Origin: Lingula anatina
Lineage: Eukaryota > Animalia > Brachiopoda
DNA length: 64,000 nt
Assembly: GCA_051362555.1 (NCBI GenBank)
Contig: CM120644.1
Span: 21,784,534 to 21,848,533, forward strand
Direction: 5' to 3'
Positions within the stretch are counted from its first letter, which is position 1; every line of letters begins with the position of its first letter. This document shows positions 1 to 11,219 of the stretch, in pieces. Below the pieces are notes generated by a model. That model was given only the letters and a program-made list of their open reading frames with translations, had not been told where the DNA came from and did no database searches. The position numbers and the translations under genes are program-made.

Positions 1-81
1 GTGCATATGATGTCTCTGTAACCACAAATATTCCCAGTGATCATCAAGACGCCAAGTATGAAATGATTAATTGTCACTCGA

Positions 82-85
<4 letters not shown>

Positions 86-155
<70 letters not shown>
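86..155. repeat. (AT)n microsatellite
   Basis: Direct; the paralogous site at ~56623 has only a few units. Confidence 0.95.
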
Positions 156-157
<2 letters not shown>

Positions 158-491
158 AGTTCCAGGACACCTTGAATGTCACCAAGAAATGTCCAACTAG
201 TACTTGTAAGTGTGTATATCACAAAAGGGTGGTTATTTTACACACTCGTTTTTCACCGACAAAACTGTAAGACGTATAATGTGATGCGTATAAAGGACAA
301 AAAACATTGGTTAGAAATGGGCAAAATCCAAAGCTGTGTAGTCCATATATACAGTTGTATGTGGATGGACGATTAACAACAATTAAGGCATTAATGTGAT
401 GTGGAGACCGAGATATTTCATAAGGTACAGTGAATGGTGCGAATCTCATATTTTTCACATTAATAGGAAATACAATGAAAATCTATATATA

Positions 492-2137
492 CAACATTGG
501 TCAAAAAGGTTGCCCCACCCCCAGTTCCATGTGCTTTTATTTATAAATGATTACATCACATCACAGGTGTTAATTGCTATGAATGGTGATTTACATTCCA
601 AATACCATAACTAACATGATTAGTGGTACAGATAATACAAACTTGTGGGTAAGATATCTATATTTAATACCATTTATTCACATTTATTTCATGTACCCCC
701 TCAAATCCGATGTTCCACTGCTATTTCCACGGAGGTAAAGAAATGCCCATTTAAATTTAAATGGCACCACCAAATTTACTGACATTTAGCATTAGGGTGT
801 GCTCGTTAAAGGCCACGTGTCTATTAGCGTGTGTGGCTACCGTGCACTGTAATTACCTCCTGTAGACGGCGCCACTGCCTTCAACAAGAGTAACAATTCT
901 GTTTTGTGGGATATTGCACCATGTTTCCTAAAAAGCTTGGCGGAATTGGGCCAGACTATTTGCCGCTTGGTTCTCCTCTGGATTGCACACTTCAATTCGT
1001 GCCACGGGTGCTCAGTAGGTTTATTATCAGGATTCATAGATGGTTAGTCTAGCTTCAGAACATTGGGTTTCTTGCAACAAATCACTCACCAGACGAGAAC
1101 TGTGTGCAAGCGTGCTGTCATGATGAAGCCTGGATTACCCCCGAAGTCCCCTCTTGAAGATGGAATGAGGTATCAGTTGAGAATGTTAGGTTCAGTGACC
1201 CAGAACTACCAGAACATGGTCAACCATTACTGGGAACAAGGTGGTTTTGCTGAAGGATCATGGTTTTTCTTGTATGCCTACGATGGTCAAATTAGGGCCC
1301 GTAGACATGTTGCTGAAAGCATTTTAGATTGTTTGTGTAGGATAATATCGCCTGAGGTGTCAGGTCAGTCCAGGTTTGGAGAGAATACCAAGCTCATGGT
1401 TTTAGTGCATTGTTCTTTCCGGAAAAGAACGTTATTGGAGCAATTCACTGAAACGCTCTCAACAAATATATCACGTCATTTGCCAGAGGTGACTCCAGGG
1501 ATATTGCAGGCGTCATCGTGGAAATGCACTTGCTCACAAATCTCGTTTGCTGAGTGATTTGTTGCAGAAACCAAATGTTCTGAGGATGGGTCAAACACCT
1601 TTGAGCCCATGTAGTTATTAACCTAACTAAACATCTGTGGCATGAATTGAAGTGTGCAATGCAAAGGAGAATCAAACTCCTAATAATCTGGACCAACTCC
1701 CCCCAAGTCTTTAGGAAGAATGGGACAAAATCCCATAAAACAGGATGGTAACCTTTGTTGAAGGCATGCCGCGCCGCCTACAGGAGGTAATTACAGTACG
1801 CGGTAAACACAAACGCTACTAGACAAGGAGCCTTTAACGAGCACACCCTAATGCTAAATGTGTGTAAATTTGGTGACATTCGGTGGTGTCATTTCAATTT
1901 AATGGACATTTCTTTACCTCTGTGAAAATCACAGTGAAACGACGGATTTGAGGGGGTACATGTAATAAATGTGAATAAATGGTATTAAATATTGATTTCT
2001 TCACCGCTAGTTTGTATTTCCTGTACCACTAACCAAATGTTAGTAATGGTATCTGGAATGAAAATCACCATTTATAACAATCTTCACTTGTGATGTGATC
2101 ATTTATAAATAAAAGCACATGATACTGAAGGCGGGAT
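492..2137. mobile_element. Decayed Tc1/mariner-derived element with very long inverted arms
   Basis: TA|CAACATTGGTCAAAAAGGTTG left end; ~492-1135 is a diverged inverted copy of ~1500-2137. NPDNKPTEHPWHELK resembles the Tc1 SPDLNPIEHLW motif. Right tip truncated. Confidence 0.75.
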
Positions 2138-2591
2138 AATGGATTGATGAAATGGACAGAACACGAACCCGATCGAGATAGTTTGACTTGTTTGATATCT
2201 TCCCTCTTCTTCTTATTGATTTAAAGCCTAAAACCTATTTTACGTGCAATAAACTTCAATATAAAGGCGAAATATGCGATTAAATTAAAGTATCCTGTAA
2301 ATGAAAACGATTAAGTGATATAATAGGTAAAGTGGAGAGTCCGAAAATGTGTGTGTGATTGTGTGTGTGTGTGATTGTGTGTGTGTGTGTGTGAGAGAGA
2401 GACGGAGAGAGAGAACTTAAATTTCTGCTTTAAGATTCAGTGTCTTCAGAATGTACCTGTGGTCAAACCAAGTTTAAAAACTACTGTTGATCTAAATTAT
2501 GTCAAGATGAACGTCTGATTTTATAGGCAAAGTGTGCCAGCGTAAGGAGCTCCTAGATGTCAAATAATGCAAAGCCTGGTATTACTTTCAG

Positions 2592-3539
2592 CAGAGCGGA
2601 TTGGATGATGGCGTCATTCCCGAAGAATGGCTTGAGGAAATACAAAGAAGAAAGAAACTTGTGTCCGAGGCATGCCAGAAGTATAAAACGGAAAAAACAC
2701 CTTTGACAAAAGAATGGATTGAAGAAAACGGCAGTCATCTCATCGTAGAAGACCAGTATAAAATCATATATTGCCGCGTACCTAAATCTGGGAACACAAG
2801 TTGGAAGCGCATATTGCTAGCATTGTCTGGTATTATAAACGATACTTCTATGGCTCATGGCAAAAAGGGGCTAAACCCACGTGAAGGAGTTAATAGATAT
2901 TTGCATACGTTGAATACGCTGTCGTTTTCGGAAGCAAAACAAAAACTTGAGACCCACTTGAAAGTTATGTATCTTAGGCACCCCTTAGAACGATTACTTT
3001 CTGTATATCGTAATAAGTTGGAAAGAAATCCTTGGACACATGAGGGTGTCTCTTCACAAGTGGTTCCATACGTTATGAAACACTATCGCGGTGTAGAACC
3101 CATTCTTCCCGTCGGAGTGAGCAGAAGCCGTGGACGGATATCTGGTGTCCTTCCATCTGGAGAAGAGTTCAGTTTTCCAAAAGACGAACTTCCAAGTTGG
3201 GTACCAAAGATTACATTTGAAGAATTCCTTCGTTATGTTGGTGACAATCCAAACTTTCTGAATGGTCATTGGGCGCCCCCAAACGATTTATGTCACCCAT
3301 GCGCCATTCAATATGACGTCATAGGGTATTTTGGGACAATAAGCGAAGATGCAAACAACATTTTGAAACTAGTGCATGCGTACCCAGCTTTCAAATTTCC
3401 AAATATGTACCTTAATCCAGAAACAACGTCTAATTTGGTGAATAGATATTATTCAAATGTATCAAAATCGACGTTGCAGAAAATTTGTCCAATTTACGCA
3501 CTTGATGCAGCAATGTCGGCTGCTAATTTACGTATTTAG
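2592..3539 (+). CDS. Carbohydrate sulfotransferase (Sulfotransfer_2, CHST11-like) copy A, catalytic last exon
   Basis: 5'PSB-like YCRVPKSGNTSWKR, 3'PB-like LRHPLERLLSVYRNK, and HW..LCHPC..YD motif. TTTCAG acceptor ends at 2591 (phase 0); 948-bp exon ending in TAG. The ORF-track TTG start is not the real start; upstream exons lie before the window. Confidence 0.9.
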   Translation, partial: QSGLDDGVIPEEWLEEIQRRKKLVSEACQKYKTEKTPLTKEWIEENGSHLIVEDQYKIIYCRVPKSGNTSWKRILLALSGIINDTSMAHGKKGLNPREGVNRYLHTLNTLSFSEAKQKLETHLKVMYLRHPLERLLSVYRNKLERNPWTHEGVSSQVVPYVMKHYRGVEPILPVGVSRSRGRISGVLPSGEEFSFPKDELPSWVPKITFEEFLRYVGDNPNFLNGHWAPPNDLCHPCAIQYDVIGYFGTISEDANNILKLVHAYPAFKFPNMYLNPETTSNLVNRYYSNVSKSTLQKICPIYALDAAMSAANLRI

Positions 3540-5524
3540 TTAAAGATGCATTTGAAGTCGATCTTTTGTCACAAAAGCCAACCAAATGTTACCACATCCA
3601 AATAGTGTAATTTACAGGACTACCAAAATACATTGCTTAATGTGAAAGTGATATTTGAACGTATTTTTCTGCTTGCTTTCTGTGATTTTTAGGTTACCGA
3701 AGTAGTAAGATAAGATGTTAAGTCACGGTCTTTACAAGAATAAAGTAGGTTACTGGATAGATAAGTAGCTATGTTAGATAAGATAGGTGAGATAAGCAGG
3801 TCATATTTACGATCAAAACTTATAGAAATTGCAGTTTATAGCTCTTTTTTTGTCTGATCTTGTGATTAAATCGATTTATTCTTTGGTATGTTGACATTAT
3901 TTGAGTCATTAGAAACTAATAGAAAGGGTGTAAATGCGTTACTGGGAATTCACGCTCCACAAACGTTCAGTTCAAATGTACCTTTAAACTGAGTTTGCGT
4001 TCTGTTAATACGTTATTGTAATTTAATTGTCAACCGTCCGGGGACAGAAGGCCAAGCATGGATAGAACTTCACAGCAATGCCTGCACTAACGACTGCTAT
4101 GTCTTTTTGCTAGCTTTTTGTTAATTTTTTTGCTTAATTATATAATGCTAACAGCGTAATCGCCCCCAAATTTCAGGAAAATGCTAGAATATGTACTGGG
4201 CTTCAGGTCCCTTGGAGATCTATGTCTTACACTGAAAATGTCAATATTGAAAATATGTTAACTTGAAGATGAATATCTAATCAGTCTGCTTTGCTAGTCG
4301 GGCTCTATTCTTGTCGGAGTATTACAAGAAACGCGATTTTCCTATCAGTAAAGCTCTCACAAAATAATGTTGCTGTCAATTTGATGCAATGTAATTGCAA
4401 TGTAATTGTACCAAATACCATTCAAGTTTACCTACAGTTGTATGTACCGGTATTACAGGTAGCATGGACATTCAGAAAACATCTCGTGAGACTAGATAAC
4501 ATTTTAAGTTTATAGCTAATATGTCATCAAGACATGTAATGTACAACTGGGTATTAATTGGTGGTGGGTAGGTAAGGCAATTAGAACTTAAGAACTTCGG
4601 GAAGTGGGAATAAAGCTGTACTACAAGTAACAAGGACTATGCCATTAAAAATGCTTATGTGTGAAAAGTGAAAATTCCCCCCCCCCCACACACACTAATT
4701 TGCGTAAATGTAAACTGATCATGCTCATTTTAGAAAGCAACCTGCCTCTTTACCAAACAAAACTACTCAGTAAATTTACAAACAATGATAAATAAAATAA
4801 ATATGTTTAGAAGTTATGGGGCTAACGTCACCAAAATTGTGCAAAAACCCAGAATTATCATCGTAAATATAAACCAATCATCTCGATTTTCAGAAGCAAT
4901 CTGCCTCTTTGCCAATTTAAGCAGAGCCACTTCGAAAAACTAAAGTAAAACAAAAGTACTGTATGGCAGTTATGGGACGATCGTCATATGTAGGACAGCG
5001 ACGGCGACAGACAGATCAATCAGAATATGAATAAATAAAAATTAAAATTAAAAATAAAAATAAAATAAAATAAAAATTAGATAAAAATAAAAATTAAAGT
5101 CAACCAATCCCAGGAACAGCCCAAACCCCAGGCGCACGGAAAACCCAAAGAGCCCAAATTGTCCATCCTGATTAAATATATAATTACATAAATTTCCTTC
5201 CTCAACCATGGTACATGTATAAGAGAAGATAGCAGAAATAACAAAGGCATTCCAAACTCCTGCTGCCCAAAAAAGTTAAGCAGTTCATTCTAGGTCTAAC
5301 ATTCAAAAAAAAAAAAAAAAATAATAAAAAATAAAAAAAAAAATAAAATAAAATAAAAAAAAAAGGACAGATATTTACCACAAACTCACAAACGCACAAA
5401 TAAACGCATGCGCACACGTTCACACGTCAGTTACGTAGCCAGTGTCATGTGGGGTGTTATATTAGCATTTTCATCACCAGCATGAAAGTAGTCGTTATCT
5501 CAATCGGCATATCACCTTGCCAAG

Positions 5525-5903
5525 ATGAAGTGGAACGTGTGTCGTACGGTGCTGGGATTTCTTTTCGTTGGTTTTTGCCTTTTTGTCATCGCATTGTACA
5601 CGTACATGGCAGGTAAGACCTTATTTCGCTCTCTCTTTCTCATGTTCTCCTACATAAAATCAAAATATTGTCTGTAAGAATGAATTTAAGTTTTCAAGTG
5701 TACAGCTGGAAAGCATAACCATCACGCGTCTGAAATACTCAATTTTATACTTATAAAGCGGCATTTAATGAATTCTAGGGCGTCTTAGGCGTGATACTAC
5801 TCACCTTAAAGTTGAGGAAAAAGTAGATCAGCTCGAGGCGACTACGATACCTATACATGATATAATGGCAATGATGGGAAATGGACATAGTGAAAATAAT
5901 CAG
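5525..5903 (+). CDS. Sulfotransferase copy B exons 1-2 (signal anchor and stem)
   Basis: Exon 1 5525-5612 MKWNVCRTVLGFLFVGFCLFVIALYTYMA, G|GTAAG (phase 1). Exon 2 5779-5903 after TTCTAG, RLRRDTTHLKVEEKVDQLEATT...SENNQ|GTAAG (phase 0), in frame with the catalytic exon. Confidence 0.8.
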
Positions 5904-7559
5904 GTAAGAAATATGTGTATGCACACATGCATGATTAATACAAAACTGCAAAATATAATTTACTTCCTGCAGTTCACTTTGACATAAGGGAATTGCAAAA
6001 CATTTGTCTCTGAATGCTACTTTCATACCATGAATCATCAATCTAGAACGAACATGTTGAATGTCGTGATCTATAACGATCTATCTCAAGTTCTAGAATA
6101 TTCCATGTTTTCAAATAAACCATATTTTTCAATGAAAAAAGGAAACCGTGAAACCACTCGAAGCTCGCAGATTTTATGGATGGTTTTCACGCATTATTTC
6201 ACATAAAAATGTGCTTTACGTTTTAAAAGTCGATGTTAACATTGTGAGAAAGGTAAGAGGAATACGTGTGTTTTGGAAATTTGCTGAATCATGGCACAAG
6301 TTCATGGCCAAAATTTGCTATACAGCCCGTGTGTATCTCGCAACTTGTACTGCAATTGGATGTCACACTACACTACATAGTGACAGTGGAATTAGCTTGT
6401 GATTTTAGACTGTATGCAATTATATTGTCGGTGTGTCGAGTGAATATATTCACTTAAAATTAGCGTCATCTGTAATATTCATCAAAATAACATGAATCCA
6501 TGTGTAAAGCTTTACATACTACTGGTATCTAACATAGCGACCAGCTGTGAATGTAGCTGCATACCGTGTAGCACTCAAGAAGATCATTTTAAGAATATTA
6601 CTGTTTGCACAACGTCAGGTATTATGTAGGTTTGTATATTCAAGCATATTTTACATTTCAGTGATTTAATTAAAAAATGATAGTTTGATTATTTTAATTA
6701 ATTGCACCGTTGTCTAGTAACAACAGCAAATAAAGAGAAAATACAATTCACATTCAGCAATGTTTTAATTTGCCTTTTTTGTATGTTTAGACCTAAAACT
6801 TGCTGGGTTTTTACCACAAAATAAGTCACTGTGTCCAAAACCTCACCAAACATAAAAAATTATTTTGTCCTACAGCAAATAACACAATTTAAAATAAAAT
6901 AATGATATCACAATATATATATATATTTCTAACTAAAGTTTGCGGCAACTAGTTTGCGGGAGTTTGCAAGAAATGTTTGTATATTGCTGCTAATTTGCAG
7001 AAAATTTGAAATAACAATTTAAGTTTGCAGCAGGTTTGCAAGAAAGTCTTTATGTTCTGGCAAATTTGCGGCAAATAAGCAGCAAATTTGTAGAAAACTT
7101 GAAGCGAATTTGCAAGAATTTGCCAGAACAAAGAATTTCTGCCAGAATTTTTGTGAATGAGCGAAAGAGTTTGCGATATGCGTGATATTTTGCTAAGGGA
7201 GAGTTCCTCGAGACGTTGGGGGATGTTAAACATTGTGTACAGCCAAGTGTAAAAACTATAATTAATCTAAACGATGTCAAGATGACCTCCTGGCTTTATG
7301 GACAAAGTATTCCAGCGTAAGGAGAACCATGATGTCAAAATTGAGATATTACGTGTGTTATTGTGGACACAATATCATTGTGAAGACATTCCCATTTTCC
7401 TAGAGTGAAATATTTATAACATTTTCGTGGGGCCTGATAATAATTGACACTAGTCGCTGAGAATGCTTAGATTTTTCTCCAGATAGTAATAAAAAAAATC
7501 GATTAAATACTCACCACAAACCTTTTCTTTGACCATTCGTGAACATGCAAACCACGAGT

Positions 7560-7591
<32 letters not shown>

Positions 7592-8928
7592 AAGAGAAAG
7601 AAAGGAGATTTATATTAAGACGCGCATATATTCTTTACGTTGTTAAACGTTAGATCAATCAAGTGTTAAAACTCGAGCCCATGAGTATGAAATCAAAATG
7701 TGTCAGCGTAAGGAGCACCATAATGTCAAATAATACATGTCGACTAACGGCAGTACTTTTTATTTCTTTCAGCAGAGCGGTTTGGATGATGACGTCATTC
7801 CCGAAAAATGGCTAAAGGAAATACAAAGAAGAAAGAAACTTGTGTCCGAGGTATGCAAAAAGTATAAAATGGCAAAAATGCCTTTATGTCTCCTTGATCT
7901 AAAGGTTCAATACGATGCCGAGAAAGGAGCAATAAAGTGACAAACACAAGTATGATGTTCGAAACTTGGCCGTTGCCGGCCGCTTTTATTGTGAATCCTT
8001 ATACTAAAATGAATTAAATTTTGATGTTAAAATTAATTAATTGTGACAGTGCCAAAATACGTAATTTTTTACGCCTGAAAAGACTATTTTATATATAATT
8101 CCCAAAGAACATAGTGCAGACGTTTTAATTTGTGGGGTTGCAAAGAGGCCGAAAAGAAAAATCTAGCCAACGACCGGACGAAGCACGTCGATGTAATCTA
8201 AACTAGAGGACAAGCTAAATCGGCCTAAACGGTGGACGACAGATAAGCTGCGGCGTGCTACCCAACCCTAACTCCCTCATTTTGAGGGAGGGGGAGGTAC
8301 GCTCTTTTCCTTATGATAAACGGGCCATACAGCGAGGAGTAGAGCTCTCCATTCTGTCATCCCTAGTTAGAGAAATTTAGAATTAGAAATTTCAAGTGTG
8401 CCCGCCGGTCTATTATGAATTATGTCTACCAAAAACCAGTAACTGAGCTCCTGAAATAAAGGGTATAATGGAGATAATAAATCACTGGTCAGCGTGAATT
8501 GCTGGACCGAACAAGTTACAAAAATTGAATGGGAAATTAAAAATAAAAAGAAACGGATGAGAATCTGCATGTCTTGCTAGATCTCTGAGGGGGTGGGGGG
8601 GTGAGGTCCGCATGTCTTGCTGGACCCAACAAGTAACGTCACTTGAAGTTAAACATATAAAAAGTTAAACATATAAAAATAAAAAGAAATGGGTGGGAGA
8701 GAATCTGCATGTCTTGCTAGATCTCCGGAAAAAGGGGTGGGTATGAGGGCCGCATGTCTTGCTGGCCTTCGGCATGAAAGCGAGATTGAATGTAAAATGA
8801 TAAATGATAACTAATATAGCCTATGGACAGTGTCACTAAATGAAACTTGTGAAAGTCAGATTTGATAAATGTCACTAAACGTGCGCGGGTGAATCCTCCG
8901 TGCGAGTATATCAATGCGCTAAATAGTC

Positions 8929-9525
8929 CTATTCAAATTGTCCAGTTGCTTGGCTTGACCATAGTGTTGGAGTGCGGATGTATTTCTTGAAAGAGTCCGA
9001 GTTCCAACGACCGAGCCGTCTTATCTGAGCGTCCGACAGGTTATTCTGCACCGCCAGGGAAGCGGCTCCTATTCTGAAACTGTGTCCTTTAAAGCGCGTA
9101 GGGTCCAAGTGACAGAATCGAAGATCCCTCGCCAGCTGTTTGTTGAAGACGTCCCGATGAATGGGTGTGAAGTTCGGGTGACAGAAAAGTGGGCCTGGTG
9201 TGTCCCCCCTCAGCTTGATGTAGTGATCTAAGGCACTTACCCCGCACAAGGGATTGCTTTGAGGGCCAATAACAATGGAAAAAGGAGAGCCTTTAGTGTT
9301 ATGCTTGTAGTTTGAAATTACTAATTCGACTGACTGTTTCCCATCATGATTCGAAAAGAACTTTACGTTTTCCCGGGAGAGGGAGGGGTTGGGGGCCCCC
9401 GATCCCCTAGCTGTCATCTCGCCTATACGTAAAAACCCGTGAAAGGCTGTGAGGTACATTGCCCTGAAGAGTGACATGGTGTAGGAATTGGAAAGGGTGA
9501 GTTCCAAAGCTCTAACAAGTTTTAG
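8929..9525 (-). CDS. Tyrosine recombinase catalytic domain, N-terminally truncated
   Basis: FHGFLRIGE (R), YKHN (K), GHSFRIGAAS (HxxR), LGRW, FKKYIR (Y nucleophile). No Met start or N-terminal domain. Confidence 0.9.
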   Translation of the reverse strand, partial: LKLVRALELTLSNSYTMSLFRAMYLTAFHGFLRIGEMTARGSGAPNPSLSRENVKFFSNHDGKQSVELVISNYKHNTKGSPFSIVIGPQSNPLCGVSALDHYIKLRGDTPGPLFCHPNFTPIHRDVFNKQLARDLRFCHLDPTRFKGHSFRIGAASLAVQNNLSDAQIRRLGRWNSDSFKKYIRTPTLWSSQATGQFE

Positions 9526-11219
9526 TGAACTAAAGCTTCATTGTCGGTGAAGAGCATGACACACCTATTCCTTAACTCCGAGGCCCAAAGGTCAACTGCC
9601 GCGACAATTGGGTAAAATTCTAGCAAGGTGATATTGCAGTTTTGAAAATGCTTTGGCCAAGCCCCGAAAAACCAATTGTTCCTAAATATCGCCCCATATC
9701 CGAGGGAGGCTGCAGCATCAGTGTACAATTTCAGAGCGGGGGAGGTAAGCCATTTGAAATCAAGGAGGAATGATTTCCCGTTGTAGTCGGAAAGAAAGTT
9801 GGCCCAGGTCTCTAGATCCAGTTTGGCCTGTCTAGACAGCCGGATGAAGTGGTGGGGTTTTCTGATACCTATCGTTAGATCAATGAGTCTGCGGAGGAAG
9901 GCCCTGCCCGGTAGAACTACTGAACAGGTGAAATTCAAGAGCCCTATGAGCGATTGTAGCTGTTGTAATGTTACTTTTGCCCTACCCAGGAACTCGGATA
10001 TGAGAGACCGGCACTTTGAGACTTTATCGTCAAGTAGCCTGGCTCCCATCAGATCAGTAACGAGCTCAATACCAGCGAAAGGAAGGACTCTGCTAGGGCC
10101 AAGCGTTTTCTCGCTTGCAATAGGTACGCCTAGATCATTACAGAGGGCCAGGAAATTTTGGAGGTCCTGCTGACACTTTTCAAACGTGGGGGCTATGAAC
10201 AGAAAGTCGTCCAGAATGTGAACCATGGAGTGGGCCTTAAGTTTGTGCTCCGCAATCCATTGCAGAGAGGTACTGAACATTTCGAATATTCTACAGGACG
10301 AGGAGCATCCCATTGGTAGACGCGTGTCAAAATAATACTCATTGTTCCATGTAAACCCTAGAAGGTGATGATCGTCGGGGTGAACCATAAGAATTCTGAA
10401 AGCAGACTCCACGTCAGTCTTGGCCATCCAGGAAGATCTACCTGAGATATTGATGAGCTCTATTGCATTCTCTATAGAATGGTACTGCACGGAGGAGAAT
10501 TCCCTGTCAATGCCGTCATTAACTGACTGTCCGTGAGGAAAGGAAAGGTCGTGGATGAGCCTAAACTTGCCAGGATCTTTCTTCGGGTGGAGACCAATGG
10601 GCGATATTGCTAAATTGGGGAAAGGTTTGGAAGTAAATGGACCGGCCAACCTACCTAGTTCTAATTCAGATGACAACTTTTCATTCACCACGTCGGGCCT
10701 GTCTAGAGCTGACTTGTGGTTACGAGTAGAAGACGGGGATTGAGACCCATTGTGACCTAACTTGAAGCCGATAGTGAAGCCCGAAACAAGTTGCTTTCTT
10801 AAATCAGAAGGATAACCAGAAAGATATTTATTGAGTTTGTTGGGGTCTACTGGGGTTTTTAGGACCCTGGGGGGTAGATGGTGAGTTTCTGTTGGCCCGT
10901 GAGGGGTAGGAGGGGCGGGCAGCTGCTCTATTCTCCGATCTGGGACACTGGGACGCTGGGTGGGTACCCCCTGAGCATCTGAAACATTTGTGGTCGTACG
11001 TGCAATCCCCCCTACAGTGGTTTCCGGAGTGAAATTTGTAGCAGACCCCTTGGGGAAATTTACGAAATGGCTGCCTAGATGTGAATGACCCCCTTGGGCG
11101 AAATTGCTGGACATTGTTATTTGGGCGAGAATTGAGAAGAGCCCTGTTCCAAAGATCCCAATTAGTATCCTCCCAAGGGTCACCAGACCTTTCTTTGTTA
11201 GCCCTGAAGTTGCGGTCAT
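9522..11219 (-). CDS. pol: Reverse transcriptase-RNase H (DIRS/Ngaro type), C-terminally truncated
   Basis: KFRLIHDLS, KTDVESAF, RLPMGCSSS, HILDDFLF, LQSLIGLLNF; RNase H LYTDAA...ITLLEFYPI...FTDNEALV, then an abrupt stop before the last RNase H motifs. Confidence 0.9.
   Translation of the reverse strand: MTATSGLTKKGLVTLGRILIGIFGTGLFSILAQITMSSNFAQGGHSHLGSHFVNFPKGSATNFTPETTVGGIARTTTNVSDAQGVPTQRPSVPDRRIEQLPAPPTPHGPTETHHLPPRVLKTPVDPNKLNKYLSGYPSDLRKQLVSGFTIGFKLGHNGSQSPSSTRNHKSALDRPDVVNEKLSSELELGRLAGPFTSKPFPNLAISPIGLHPKKDPGKFRLIHDLSFPHGQSVNDGIDREFSSVQYHSIENAIELINISGRSSWMAKTDVESAFRILMVHPDDHHLLGFTWNNEYYFDTRLPMGCSSSCRIFEMFSTSLQWIAEHKLKAHSMVHILDDFLFIAPTFEKCQQDLQNFLALCNDLGVPIASEKTLGPSRVLPFAGIELVTDLMGARLLDDKVSKCRSLISEFLGRAKVTLQQLQSLIGLLNFTCSVVLPGRAFLRRLIDLTIGIRKPHHFIRLSRQAKLDLETWANFLSDYNGKSFLLDFKWLTSPALKLYTDAAASLGYGAIFRNNWFFGAWPKHFQNCNITLLEFYPIVAAVDLWASELRNRCVMLFTDNEALVH

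Noticed and set aside
2601-3539. Single-exon 312-aa genes starting at TTG
   Set aside because: Splice acceptors 9 bp upstream and phase-compatible anchor and stem exons show these are last exons.
5775-6041. Recurrent minus-strand ORFs ending ..TPKTP (also 21358, 24322, 41491)
   Set aside because: Antisense shadows of sulfotransferase exon 2.
7737-7940. 67-aa and 149-aa (14068) ORFs as separate genes
   Set aside because: They are halves of the interrupted copy B exon fused to intron or element sequence.
8929-9507. Phage integrase or bacterial contamination
   Set aside because: The YR is linked to gag and DIRS-type RT within split direct repeats inserted in a spliced animal gene.
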